Shown: positions 39,231-49,275 of the stretch, piece after piece
How positions within the stretch are numbered: the stretch's first letter is position 1
Layout of the letters: the number at the start of each line of letters is the position of its first letter
Assembly: GCA_963845185.1 (NCBI GenBank)
Contig: CAWJRG010000010.1
Coordinates: 544,001-608,000 of the forward strand
Direction of reading: 5' to 3'
DNA from: an uncultured bacterium
GTDB taxonomy: Bacteria > Oederibacteriota > PGYV01 > CAWJRG01
DNA length: 64,000 nucleotides
Notes under the pieces: generated by a model
What the model saw: only the letters and a program-made list of their open reading frames with translations
What the model was told of the DNA's origin: nothing
Database searches by the model: none
Translations under genes and position numbers: made by a program

Positions 39231-39635
39231 TTAAAGATTGCTTTTTTTGCCTGTTAGCTTTTTTGTGATAAAAATAAGAGTTTTAATGTCAAACGGCTTC
39301 TTCAGTACATAATCCGCTGTTTTCAAAGTTTTTTTGTTTTCCCTTACATCTCCCAGTTTCTCGTCCGGCATGTCTTCGTCCAGCAGGCTACCTGTTATTA
39401 TGATCACTTTTGTTTTTAAATTTTTCTTCCTTATGAATTTTAGGACATCAAATCCGGTCATCCCTGGCAGTTTCAGGTCGAGTATGACCAGATCGAAATT
39501 TCCGTTTTCAACCTTTTTTTCTGCGGCTGGCCCGTCGCCTGCCGTATCCGTGGCAAAGCCCTCGTCGTGCATCACAGCCGAGATTTCTTCCCTCATTTCA
39601 TTGTCATCGTCGACCACAAGTATGCGTTTTCCCAT
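39231..39635 (-). CDS. Single-domain response regulator
   Basis: VVDDD, ILDLKLPG, IITG, KKPF. Confidence 0.9.
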   Translation of the reverse strand: MGKRILVVDDDNEMREEISAVMHDEGFATDTAGDGPAAEKKVENGNFDLVILDLKLPGMTGFDVLKFIRKKNLKTKVIIITGSLLDEDMPDEKLGDVRENKKTLKTADYVLKKPFDIKTLIFITKKLTGKKSNL

Positions 39636-42600
39636 TATACTTTCCCCTTTATTGGTATGGTTATCGTAAAAGTGCTCCCTTTGCCGGCAGCGCTGTCCAC
39701 GTCTATCTTCCCGTTATGCAGGCCCACCAGCTCCCTGCAAATTGCAAGGCCCAGGCCAGTGCCTTTTGACCTGCTCGTGTAAAACGGCTGGAAAATCTTT
39801 CCGAGGTTTTCTTTTTCTATGCCGGTGCCGTTGTCCTTTATGCTTACACTCAAAAATCCGTGCGGCCTTATCACTGCCTCAATTTCCACCCTGCCCTTTT
39901 CCTTTTTGCTTTCCACAGCCTGGAACGCGTTGTTCAGGATATTCGAGAAAACTTCTTTCATCTGGAACGGGTCTATATAAATAAACCTGTCCTTTATTGG
40001 CTTGTATTTTTTCACTACCCTCGTGCGCTGGCTGCCGAACCTTTTGCTTGCATTGTCCACGCACTCCTCTATGATTGAGTAAATGCCTATTTTTTTGTAA
40101 ACCGGCATTTTCATTTTCGAGTATGTAAGCAGGTTGGTTATTATCTGGTTGCTTTCGAGGACCTTTTTTTCTATGTTTTCCAGGTGCCTGTGCATGGACG
40201 GGTCCGGCAGTTTTTTCTTCATGTTGTAAGCGGCTATGTTTATGACCCCAAGCGGGTTTCGCAGCTCGTGCGCCACAGTGGACGCCAGTGTGCCGATTTC
40301 TGCCAGGTGTTTCGCGTCAGCTAGCTCCTTCTGGGTTTTTTCAAGCTCTTCCTCGGCATTTTTCCACCTGCTCACGTCCACCAGCACCAGCACGAGGCTC
40401 TCTGTTTCGCCCGACAGGCCTTTCACCGGCTGCAGGCTCCAGTTCCAGAAAGTCTGGTTATGAAAATAGTTTTTCGCGTACTCAAAAGGCTTCGCGTAGG
40501 CAAAATACGATTCGCCTGTCTTAACGACTTTCCTGAATATTGCCTTGTTTTCTTCGCCCGGGGAAATGCTGAAATAATTCTTTCCCGGGAAAAAATCCGG
40601 CGTATGGTTTACTCCTTTTGCAAAAACATCGTTTACCTTTATGTAATTGAAATTTGTGTCCAGTTGGGCAATCAAAAAATCTCCGCTTGAAAAAATCCTG
40701 TCAAGCAGTTCGTTGCTTGAAAATATTTCCTTGAGCAGCTCGTTTGTCTGCGTCATGTCGTCGGTTATATCAAACTTTTTTATCCCTTCTCCCATTAGCG
40801 GCGCAAGTGTTTCCATGAATTCTACAAATTCCTTTGTTATTTTGTCTTTTCTTTTATCAGCCAGGTGTATGTCGCCTATTATTTTATTGTTGTATTTTAT
40901 CGGTATTACTGCCAGGGACTTGAATCCGCATCCGACGCACGCTTCCCTGTATCTTGATGCCTGCTTTCTTGTTAATTCTTTTACAAATTTTCCCATGTCC
41001 CCGCAGCAAAACGACCCTGTTTTTGTTGCAAGCGACCTGTCCTGCGATTCAAGTTTGCCCCTCATCACCCTTGTACATACGCAATGGTCGGTATTTATTG
41101 AAAGCCAGTTTTCCGATTCCCAGAATTCCCTTGTAAAACCCGTATATGCTTCATATGGAATATTACCCTTCTTATCAATAATCCTAATCCCATGGTTCTC
41201 GCAACCTGACAGCCTGCCGATAAGCTTGTCCAGGTCTTCCAAATATTCTTTCCTGCTCAATGCCTTTCCCAGCAGAGCAAGCACTGCATTTCCCGCGCGG
41301 TTTTTCTTTTCTACTTCCCTTCGTGTCTTTATTTCCCTTGCAAGTTTTTTGTTCACCCGCATAAGGTCCGCAGTGCGCTCGTACACCTTGGTTTCAAGTT
41401 CATCATATAATTCCTTGAACTGGTCCTCTGCTTTTCTGCGGCTGGTTATATCCATGCCGTAAAAACGCAGGCCCCAGCTGTCCGGCACGTGCACTACTGT
41501 CTGGGCGTAATAGCATTGATTGACTTTTATTTCCCTGTTTATAAATCTGGTTTTCTTTTCCTTGAATAACTTGATAAGCCGGACAAGTCCAGTGAAAAAT
41601 GGGTGGCTGAAATTTTTTTGCTCTGCGTCAAGGAATAATTCCTTAAAAGCCTTGTTGCTGTAAGTTATATTACCGTCAAAATCTATCTCGCATATCGGAT
41701 TAGGATTAAGTTCCGGAAAAGACGCTACCTTTTTTATTTTCTCTTCATCTTCTTTGTTCTTTTCGCGCATTCTGATAAAAGTAATTCCATAGGCCAGATC
41801 ATTGGCCAGCTCTTCGAGCAGTGTAACCTCGTCTTTTGAAAACGGATCTGGCTCTGCCGAATATATGGTTAGCGCCCCGAATGTTTTATCGCCCGAGGAA
41901 AGAGGCAGGGCAATGGAAGACGCATAGCCGCGTTCCAGCGCCTCTTTCCGCCAGGGCTTAAAACAAGGGTCGGTCAGCATATTCCTGCACATTGCTGTTT
42001 CTTCTGTTCGTATGGCTGTGCCTGTGGGGCCGCGGCCTCGTTCATTGTCTGCCCAGGTAATGTTCAATGTTTTTAAATACCCTTTGTCAAAACCTGCCTG
42101 CGCGGCGGGCTTCACGCTTTTCGCCTCGTCCTCTTCGCAAAAACCTATCCATGCCATTTTATAACCGCAATCATTTATTATAATACGACAGACGTCGTTC
42201 AGGTATACAGCTTCATGGTCTGCATGCATCATTGCATGGGCTGAATCGCCAAGTGCTTTGAGTATCCTGTTGAGTTTATCGAGTTCCTCCCGCTTTTTCA
42301 TGCGTTCTGTAATATCCATGTAAACGCCAAGATAAGCCTTTTCCCCTGCGTATGTTATGGTACGTATGGTTGCGCTTATCCAGAAAGGTGTCCCGTCCTT
42401 GTGCTTCACCTTTACCTCGCGGTCCTTTATAAAACCGCGGTTGTTTATAATACCTACGATGTCGTCTCTTTCATCAGGGTAACAATAAAAATCAACAGTT
42501 TTCCTGCCAACAAGCTCGCTGTCATTATAACCGAACATCATTCTGTAAGAGTCGTTGACAAAAAGCACAATTCCATCCGAAACTCTTGACACGTTCAAGG

Positions 42601-42688
42601 GGACAGGCATGGCTTCGGCTAAAATTCTAAGCTTATCCTCGCTGTCTTTTAATTCATCTTCTGCTTTTATCGTCTCGTCTTTTCCCAT
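39635..42688 (-). CDS. Cytoplasmic PAS/GAF sensor histidine kinase
   Basis: PAS-GAF-PAS-GAF-PAS input; AHELRNPL, NILNNA, DNGTGI, GTGLGL; no TM segment. Confidence 0.92.
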   Translation of the reverse strand: MGKDETIKAEDELKDSEDKLRILAEAMPVPLNVSRVSDGIVLFVNDSYRMMFGYNDSELVGRKTVDFYCYPDERDDIVGIINNRGFIKDREVKVKHKDGTPFWISATIRTITYAGEKAYLGVYMDITERMKKREELDKLNRILKALGDSAHAMMHADHEAVYLNDVCRIIINDCGYKMAWIGFCEEDEAKSVKPAAQAGFDKGYLKTLNITWADNERGRGPTGTAIRTEETAMCRNMLTDPCFKPWRKEALERGYASSIALPLSSGDKTFGALTIYSAEPDPFSKDEVTLLEELANDLAYGITFIRMREKNKEDEEKIKKVASFPELNPNPICEIDFDGNITYSNKAFKELFLDAEQKNFSHPFFTGLVRLIKLFKEKKTRFINREIKVNQCYYAQTVVHVPDSWGLRFYGMDITSRRKAEDQFKELYDELETKVYERTADLMRVNKKLAREIKTRREVEKKNRAGNAVLALLGKALSRKEYLEDLDKLIGRLSGCENHGIRIIDKKGNIPYEAYTGFTREFWESENWLSINTDHCVCTRVMRGKLESQDRSLATKTGSFCCGDMGKFVKELTRKQASRYREACVGCGFKSLAVIPIKYNNKIIGDIHLADKRKDKITKEFVEFMETLAPLMGEGIKKFDITDDMTQTNELLKEIFSSNELLDRIFSSGDFLIAQLDTNFNYIKVNDVFAKGVNHTPDFFPGKNYFSISPGEENKAIFRKVVKTGESYFAYAKPFEYAKNYFHNQTFWNWSLQPVKGLSGETESLVLVLVDVSRWKNAEEELEKTQKELADAKHLAEIGTLASTVAHELRNPLGVINIAAYNMKKKLPDPSMHRHLENIEKKVLESNQIITNLLTYSKMKMPVYKKIGIYSIIEECVDNASKRFGSQRTRVVKKYKPIKDRFIYIDPFQMKEVFSNILNNAFQAVESKKEKGRVEIEAVIRPHGFLSVSIKDNGTGIEKENLGKIFQPFYTSRSKGTGLGLAICRELVGLHNGKIDVDSAAGKGSTFTITIPIKGKV

Positions 42689-42708
42689 TTATGCTCCGGA
42701 TGTTTTAT

Positions 42709-43476
42709 TTATTTACGTTTTTTGCCGCGTTTTTTATTTGTTTTACCCGGCTCTTTTTTGGCAACCTTGGGCTTGCCTGCGTTCCTGAATTCAGTAGGCG
42801 TCATTTTGGTGAGTTTTTTAAAGGCCCTTATAAAGGATTCCGTGTTCTGGTATCCCAGTTTGTCCGAAATCTGATTTATGTTATAGCCTTTTTTTAGGAA
42901 TTCCTTTGACCTGTCTATTTTGACTTTTGTCTTGTAATCTGAAAATCCCATGCCAGTAATCTCTTCAAAAACCCTGCTTAAATATTTCGGGCTTAAGCCC
43001 ACGACCGTTGCCGCGTCATCCAGGCTCACTTTTTTATGGAAATTCCTCTCAGCAAACCGTTTTACCCTGTCAATCTTTGACTTTATATCTCCGATTTCTG
43101 TTTTCTCGTCCCTGTCTGTACTGTCGAGCAGTTTTTCTATGATTTCCTTTGCCTCGTTTATGTTAAGGGGCTTTTCGAGAAAATCGTCTGCCCTGCCCTT
43201 TAATGCCTCGATAGCCACGTCTTTTGAGCTGTGGCCGGTCAGCATGACTATTTTCATGGCCGGCTCAATTCTTTTGATTTCGGTGAGGACTTCGGTCCCG
43301 CTTGCGCCGGGCATCATGACGTCTAGCAGCACCAGGTCTATTTCGTTCGGCTTTTTTATTATCTCGAGAGCCCTTTCCCCGCTTGGCGCGTGCACAAATT
43401 CATAATCGTCGAACGATTCAGCCAGTTCTTCCCTGAAATCCGCGTCGTCGTCCACCAGCAAAATTTGATAAGGCAT
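42709..43476 (-). CDS. Response regulator with AraC-type HTH
   Basis: Receiver LLDVMMPG; LSPKYLSRVF, LGYQNTESFIRAFKK..TPTEFR. Confidence 0.92.
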   Translation of the reverse strand: MPYQILLVDDDADFREELAESFDDYEFVHAPSGERALEIIKKPNEIDLVLLDVMMPGASGTEVLTEIKRIEPAMKIVMLTGHSSKDVAIEALKGRADDFLEKPLNINEAKEIIEKLLDSTDRDEKTEIGDIKSKIDRVKRFAERNFHKKVSLDDAATVVGLSPKYLSRVFEEITGMGFSDYKTKVKIDRSKEFLKKGYNINQISDKLGYQNTESFIRAFKKLTKMTPTEFRNAGKPKVAKKEPGKTNKKRGKKRK

Positions 43477-43495
43477 GTCTGCACCTCCAAAAATA

Positions 43496-43549
43496 AGTTT
43501 CAAGTTGAAAGTTTTAAAACATTAAACATTTAACTTCAAACATTAAACT
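43496..43549. repeat. Heptamer inverted tandem repeat
   Basis: AGTTTCA AGTTGAA AGTTTTA ... TTAAACA TTTAACT TCAAACA TTAAACT. Confidence 0.7.
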
Positions 43550-43670
43550 TTTTCTATAGTTTATACCAATTTTTATAGCTTTTAACAACTTTTTTCTTGT
43601 TTAGACTGACTTTTTTCTACCTTTGTAACGCCAAAATTATTGCCGGCGCCTATAATCAGGTAAGTCAAAA

Positions 43671-43735
43671 CCCCCTATCCCCCTTTGTTAAAAGGGGATG
43701 TTCCCCTCCTTAACAAGGAGGGGTTAGGGGAGGTT
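43671..43735. repeat. Paired CCCCT..AGGGG palindromic element
   Basis: CCCCCTATCCCCCTTTGTTAAAAGGGGA plus inverted CCCCTCCTTAACAAGGAGGGGTTAGGGGAGG. Confidence 0.7.
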
Positions 43736-43814
43736 TGTTACAGCTGATTAATCATTCTTGACTTTTATATTCTATAAATATATGCTTAAACCATAAAATA
43801 AAAGGCGGTGATTT

Positions 43815-44021
43815 ATGAAAACTGTAAAGATAAACACCTCAGGCATGCATTGCGAATCCTGCGAGCAGCTTGTGCAGGAGTCTGTCTTAGAGCTTCCCGG
43901 AATTAAAAAGGTGAAAGCCAGCCATAAAAAGGCTGTGGTTGAAGTTTCTTTTGACAAAACCAAAACAACCCTTGATGATATCAAGAAAGCTATAAAAGAA
44001 GCCGGGTATACGCCGGAATAA
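43815..44021 (+). CDS. copZ: Copper chaperone (HMA domain)
   Basis: GMHCESC...IKEAGY. Confidence 0.9.
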   Translation: MKTVKINTSGMHCESCEQLVQESVLELPGIKKVKASHKKAVVEVSFDKTKTTLDDIKKAIKEAGYTPE

Positions 44022-46171
44022 TGGACAACCAAATGGTCCGCAGAGATTTCAAAATAAAGGGCATGCACTGCGCGAGCTGCGTGCTTTTGATAGAAAAAAC
44101 CGTTAAAAAACAGCCCGGTGTAAGTGACGTTGTCGTAAACCTCACCACTGAAAACGCCACTGTCCATTACGACCCTGAACTGGCGGATGACAAAAAAATA
44201 ATCAGAGCCATCCAGAGCAAAGGCTATAAAGTTGTAAAAGACGAGCCAAACCTGAAGCAAAAAGAAATCCTGGAACTAAAAATAAAGCTCATTGCATGTA
44301 TAATATTGTCTACTCCTGTCTTTATATTAAGCATGTTTGTAAAGGAAACCTCCCTCCCTTTCCAGCCTTATATAATATGGATACTGGCTACGCCGGTACA
44401 GTTTATAATCGGTTGGCAGTTTTACAGGAACTTTTTTGGGGCGCTTAAAAGCTTTTCCGCGGACATGGACACCCTGATAGCTCTCGGCACAAGCGCTGCT
44501 TATTTTTACAGCGTGTACCTTGTCCTCGCCGGCCATCCCGGCCATCTTTATTTTGAAACTTCCTCGGTTTTGATAACCATAATAATCCTGGGCAGGTTCC
44601 TCGAGGAAAACGCCAAAGCAAGGACTTCAAGCGCCATAAAAAAACTTATGGAACTCGCGCCAAAGCAGGCGAATGTGATAAGGGATGGCAGAGAAATTAT
44701 ACTGCCGATAAATGAAATTATTAAAGGCGATATAGTATCCATTAAACCCGGCGAAAAAATTCCTGTTGATGGAGCAATAACCGAAGGTTTTTCGTCAATT
44801 GACGAAAGCATGCTGACAGGAGAGTCCATGCCTGTCGAAAAAAAACCTGACAGTAAAGTCATTGCCGGCTCCATAAACAAACTCGGCTCTTTCAGGTTCC
44901 AAGCCGAAAAGGTCGGGAACGAAACCGTGCTTGCCCAGATTATAAAGTTAATAGAAGATGCCCAGGGCTCAAAAGCTCCTATACAGAGGTTTGCCGACGT
45001 GGTAGCTTCGTATTTCGTGCCGGTTGTAATAATAATATCGCTCGTTGTTTTCCTGTCGTGGTTTTATTTTGCGCATGCAGGGTTCGCGAAATCCCTGATT
45101 GCCTGCGTGTCAGTGCTGGTCATTGCCTGCCCGTGCGCGCTCGGCCTTGCGACTCCTACGGCAATAATGGTTGCCTCGGGCAAGGGCGCTGAAAACGGGA
45201 TATTGATTAAAGAAGGCTCGGCACTTGAACTTGCACAGAAAATCAAATATATTGTTTTTGACAAAACAGGGACGATAACAAGCGGAAGAATGGAAATTAC
45301 TGACGAGACCGCGGCTCACGGTATCAGCGTAGACAGCGTTTTTCAGATAGCAGCGTCCCTGGAAAAAAAATCAGAGCATTCACTTGCCGAGGCTGTCTTA
45401 AAAAAAGCAAAACAAAAAAATATCAGTTTGATTGATGTTTCCGATTTTGAGGCAATGCCAGGCCATGGCATAAAGGGAAAAATTTCCGGCAAAAACTACA
45501 CTCTTACAAGCGTAAAATTCGCGTCAGCCATGGCCGGGATAAACTCTTTCGTATACGATATTGAAAAATTCGCTTTACAGGGCAAGACAGTGCTTGTGCT
45601 GTCTGAAGAAAATAATGCAATAGGTATACTTGCCGCCCTTGACAGGCCCAGGGAAAACTCAAAAAATGCGGTGCAGTTCCTTAAGAATCTCGGCATGGAA
45701 ATATACATGATAACGGGCGACAACGAAACAACAGCAAAGGCAATCGCGGCCTATGCGGGCATCGGAAACATAATGGCAGGCGTCCTGCCGCAGGATAAGG
45801 CTGCAAAAATAAAAGAGCTTCAGCAAAAAGGAATAACCGCAATGGTGGGTGACGGCATAAATGACGCACCAGCCCTGGCGCAGGCAGATGTAGGTTTTGC
45901 TTTTTCATCAGGGACAGACGTGGCAATGGAAGCAGGCAATATAGTACTAATGAAAAATGATGTCATGGATGTTTACCGGGCTGTAAAATTAAGCAGGCTA
46001 ACTATGGCAAAAATAAAGCAGAACATGTTCTGGGCTTTGTTTTATAACGCAGCTGCAATCCCGTTTGCCGCTCTTGGCTTTTTAAACCCAATTATAGCCG
46101 GCAGCGCCATGGCTCTGAGCTCGGTGTCCGTAGTGTTCAATTCTTTATTGCTAAAAAGAGAAAAATTATAA
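44021..46171 (+). CDS. copA: Cu(I)-translocating P1B-type ATPase
   Basis: GMHCASC, TGES, CPCALG, DKTGT, GDGINDAP, FYN, MALSS. Confidence 0.95.
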   Translation: MDNQMVRRDFKIKGMHCASCVLLIEKTVKKQPGVSDVVVNLTTENATVHYDPELADDKKIIRAIQSKGYKVVKDEPNLKQKEILELKIKLIACIILSTPVFILSMFVKETSLPFQPYIIWILATPVQFIIGWQFYRNFFGALKSFSADMDTLIALGTSAAYFYSVYLVLAGHPGHLYFETSSVLITIIILGRFLEENAKARTSSAIKKLMELAPKQANVIRDGREIILPINEIIKGDIVSIKPGEKIPVDGAITEGFSSIDESMLTGESMPVEKKPDSKVIAGSINKLGSFRFQAEKVGNETVLAQIIKLIEDAQGSKAPIQRFADVVASYFVPVVIIISLVVFLSWFYFAHAGFAKSLIACVSVLVIACPCALGLATPTAIMVASGKGAENGILIKEGSALELAQKIKYIVFDKTGTITSGRMEITDETAAHGISVDSVFQIAASLEKKSEHSLAEAVLKKAKQKNISLIDVSDFEAMPGHGIKGKISGKNYTLTSVKFASAMAGINSFVYDIEKFALQGKTVLVLSEENNAIGILAALDRPRENSKNAVQFLKNLGMEIYMITGDNETTAKAIAAYAGIGNIMAGVLPQDKAAKIKELQQKGITAMVGDGINDAPALAQADVGFAFSSGTDVAMEAGNIVLMKNDVMDVYRAVKLSRLTMAKIKQNMFWALFYNAAAIPFAALGFLNPIIAGSAMALSSVSVVFNSLLLKREKL

Positions 46172-46291
46172 AAGTTGACTTTGGAAAGCCGTAAAGCGTA
46201 TAATTCAGAACTACAATTGCATATATATCCGGAAAACTCCGGGATAAACAGCGGGTTTTCATGGGAAATAAAAAAACGGCGGTACAATGAT

Positions 46292-47011
46292 ATGCCAATG
46301 GAATTTGCCAACAATAAAGTATATAAAAACTGGCTTTTAAACTCATCAGACGTTTTTTACCTGAAATATGTCGTTGATGTGAAAAAATTGCTTAAAAAAG
46401 GCAACAAATTCCTTGACATGGGTTGCGGTACCGGCAATGTAATCAAGCTGCTGGCAAAAGAGTGCCCGGCGGAAAGCCTTTACGGGGTCGATATCAGCGA
46501 ATTTTTCATCAACGAGCTTAAGCCTTTTTTTAACGTAAGCCGTTATGACGGAGAAAAACTTCCGTTTGGCGACGGGTATTTCGATATAACCGGCTCATTT
46601 ACTGTCCTCGAGCACGTGGAAAAGCCATACCTTTTCCTCGAGGAAAAAATCAGGGTCACAAAAAAAGGCGGCTATATAATAATTGCCTGCCCGAATTTTT
46701 TAAGCCCGTTTAACAGCGTGAGGGGATATACAGCAAAAGAAAAATTTGCCAGGCAGGTTAAGTACCTGGCGGGCGGGAAACTGGAAATGAACGCGCCTAT
46801 TATCCGTGAAGTCTTCAAGTCCGACGATGACGCGATAGTTGTTTCCAACCTGGCTCCGGTAATGTCCTTCCTGAAGCAGAAAAAATTAAGAATAATTCAT
46901 GTTTCAGGCATAATGTCCGGGCAGAACCGGATTATTTCGTTTATTGCCAGGATTTCGGGAATCAGGCTTTTGCTCCCGTCCGTTTACATAATCGCGGAAA
47001 AAACTTTTTAA
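46292..47011 (+). CDS. Class I SAM-dependent methyltransferase
   Basis: LDMGCGTG, GVDIS, LPFGDGYFD, VLEHV; start uncertain. Confidence 0.85.
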   Translation: MPMEFANNKVYKNWLLNSSDVFYLKYVVDVKKLLKKGNKFLDMGCGTGNVIKLLAKECPAESLYGVDISEFFINELKPFFNVSRYDGEKLPFGDGYFDITGSFTVLEHVEKPYLFLEEKIRVTKKGGYIIIACPNFLSPFNSVRGYTAKEKFARQVKYLAGGKLEMNAPIIREVFKSDDDAIVVSNLAPVMSFLKQKKLRIIHVSGIMSGQNRIISFIARISGIRLLLPSVYIIAEKTF

Positions 47012-47016
47012 CCCTT

Positions 47017-47169
47017 CTACTTCCTCGAACTCCCCGAAGAACAGCTTTTGCATGAAGTATGCCTGCTCCCGCACTGGCGGCAGAACCGTGCCCCGCAGTT
47101 TTTACAGATATAAGCTTTTTCATGTTTATTGATTTTTTTACCGCAATTTTCGCATGTATCATGTTTCAT
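47017..47169 (-). CDS. 50-aa protein with four CxxC motifs
   Basis: CENC, CKNC, CRQC, CKSC; AAGGAG RBS upstream of ATG 47169. Confidence 0.65.
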   Translation of the reverse strand: MKHDTCENCGKKINKHEKAYICKNCGARFCRQCGSRHTSCKSCSSGSSRK

Positions 47170-47227
47170 AAGAGATGTCTCCTTAGAATCCGTTGATTTT
47201 ATCCTTTGCGTACTTTGTTTTGATAAA

Positions 47228-47530
47228 TTATTCGGTCCCGAGGTACTTTTCAAAATCTTCCTTGTCCCAGTTCAGCTGCGTGCCTGCTGCCTGGAGTGCC
47301 GAAATAAGCAGCGCTTCAGATATTTCCTGTTTGGTCGCTCCGGCTTCCAGCGCTTTTTCGATATGGTCTACTGTGCAGTGCCTGCACCTGAAAACTGAAG
47401 CCAGCGCCAGCCTGAGAAGCTCCCTCGTCTTGGTGTCTAATACACTTTTTTGACCCACTGTCAAAGAAAAATGCTGGTACGCGGCTCCTATGGTTGTGTG
47501 TTTCATATACCATGGTTTTTCATCTTCCAT
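47228..47530 (-). CDS. Carboxymuconolactone decarboxylase/AhpD-like protein
   Basis: LDTKTRELL..CRHC..H..AL.AGAT..EI.E. Confidence 0.85.
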   Translation of the reverse strand: MEDEKPWYMKHTTIGAAYQHFSLTVGQKSVLDTKTRELLRLALASVFRCRHCTVDHIEKALEAGATKQEISEALLISALQAAGTQLNWDKEDFEKYLGTE

Positions 47531-47636
47531 TTTTTATCACTCCTTTTCAATTTTCAGATAATTTAATATTTGCCCTTATTGTTTTCTGCTGATTTTGAAC
47601 CATAAAACTGCTGCGGCAGCTATAGCAAGTAATTTT

Positions 47637-48065
47637 TTAAATATTGCTAGCATGTAACTGTGACTTCCCATCTATGTACGACGCCAATTTTAAATCGTTC
47701 ATTCTTATATGGCGTATAAACCAGTCCCCAATATTTTCCTTGAATTCAACAGCGCATTCAGTCCCGGCCTCCCCTTTTAAAACTTTATTTGCAAGGGTCT
47801 GGAATTCCTTCATAAAGCTCTCATGAAGCCTTTTATGGCCGTCAGTGTCAGGGTAGTCGGAATTGTCCATATATTTTTCCTCGGTTGAAAAATGACGGAT
47901 GGCTTCGTTTTTAAACCTTTTCAGCAGGTCAATTGTGTAATCTTTTTTTTCATTTAAACCCATTGATTCGATAATATCCGAAACACGCGTTATGAGCTCT
48001 TTATGCTGTTCGTCAAGAATCTTTATCCCGAGTTTCAGGTCTTTTGTCCATATTATTTTCTCCAT
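47637..48065 (-). CDS. Bacteriohemerythrin
   Basis: DEQH, HFSTEE, HKRLH, WFIRHIRMND ligand set intact. Confidence 0.9.
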   Translation of the reverse strand: MEKIIWTKDLKLGIKILDEQHKELITRVSDIIESMGLNEKKDYTIDLLKRFKNEAIRHFSTEEKYMDNSDYPDTDGHKRLHESFMKEFQTLANKVLKGEAGTECAVEFKENIGDWFIRHIRMNDLKLASYIDGKSQLHASNI

Positions 48066-48200
48066 AATATTTGCCTCCTAAAAAAATCAATATTCGTTAT
48101 TTCTTCATATTGAAATTTTATATCCTGGCATGGAAATTTGGAATTACCGGTTTCCGCTTTTCTTTGATTTATATCTGTAAACGGTTTTAAACGCGGCAGA

Positions 48201-49232
48201 TTAAAGGCAGTCCGTTATTATATTTTTATATTCTTCATTCCCCATTATTTCATTGCATAATTCGCATATAAATGAATATTTCTTGTAAGGATCCAAAATA
48301 ATTCTTTTTTTATTTAAATTTTCGCGCAAGCCTCTGGGCCCGGAATTCGCCAGTATGGTAAAAAGCTTGTTTTTCTTTGCCCTGTCTACAACATCACTGA
48401 CGCTTTCCCTGCTTAAATCCCCTATTATGTAATCATTCAGGAACCCGTTTCCGTTTCCGCAGCAAACCCTCACTTTAAAATCCGGTTCAACCCACAGATA
48501 GCCAACGCCTTTTGGCCCGAGGCATGCTTTATCCGGCACGTCCTGCATGAGAACCTCATAATCGTACAGTTCTTCCCGCGCCGGCCTTGTCGGGTGCCAT
48601 GTGCCGAATTTTATCTTATGCCCATCTATGTAAATTTTTTTATTTTTGGCATCAAGCCACGCATCTTTAATGCCGTAATTTTTTAATTTCTCAAAATAAT
48701 TGTCATATAATTCAAATATCTTCTTTAAATCATAAAAACTCGAACCTATTGTGAGGGTTTCCAAAGGGAAATATTTTGAATAAATAGCCGTAAAAACAGC
48801 AGGCCATTCTATTGGTATATTGCCGTTATGGTACGGGTCAATGCTTATCCTGAACCCTGCTGTATAATTTATTTTCTTAAGCTCGCTGAAAAGCCATTCT
48901 GTTTTTCTATCATCTTTTCCTATATAGGCGTTTGTGGGCGGTTTATTTACCCTGATGGCTAGCTTTTGCGCGTGTGGTATTATGGTTAGCATAAACTCAG
49001 GGTACATTGTGGGTTCCCCGCCTGTTATTTGCATGGAATGCATTCCCATTTTTTTTGCTTCACGCAGGATTTCTATTGCGCGGCTTATATCCATGTTTTT
49101 CCCCATGTCATGGATTGTAAAATCTATATTGCAGTGCCTGCACATGCCCGTGCAGTTGTAGGTAGGTATGAATACAATGCCTTTGGGGGTGTAGGTATTG
49201 TTGGTTTTGGCTGGATTTTTCTGCGGGTTCAT
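48201..49232 (-). CDS. Radical SAM protein with a C-terminal Cys-containing extension
   Basis: CTGMCRHC, ITGGEP, C-terminal C..CC..CELC. Confidence 0.88.
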   Translation of the reverse strand: MNPQKNPAKTNNTYTPKGIVFIPTYNCTGMCRHCNIDFTIHDMGKNMDISRAIEILREAKKMGMHSMQITGGEPTMYPEFMLTIIPHAQKLAIRVNKPPTNAYIGKDDRKTEWLFSELKKINYTAGFRISIDPYHNGNIPIEWPAVFTAIYSKYFPLETLTIGSSFYDLKKIFELYDNYFEKLKNYGIKDAWLDAKNKKIYIDGHKIKFGTWHPTRPAREELYDYEVLMQDVPDKACLGPKGVGYLWVEPDFKVRVCCGNGNGFLNDYIIGDLSRESVSDVVDRAKKNKLFTILANSGPRGLRENLNKKRIILDPYKKYSFICELCNEIMGNEEYKNIITDCL

Positions 49233-49275
49233 AAAATTAAGGTTTGATTTTTTTATTTCTGGATTTCAAAACCAA

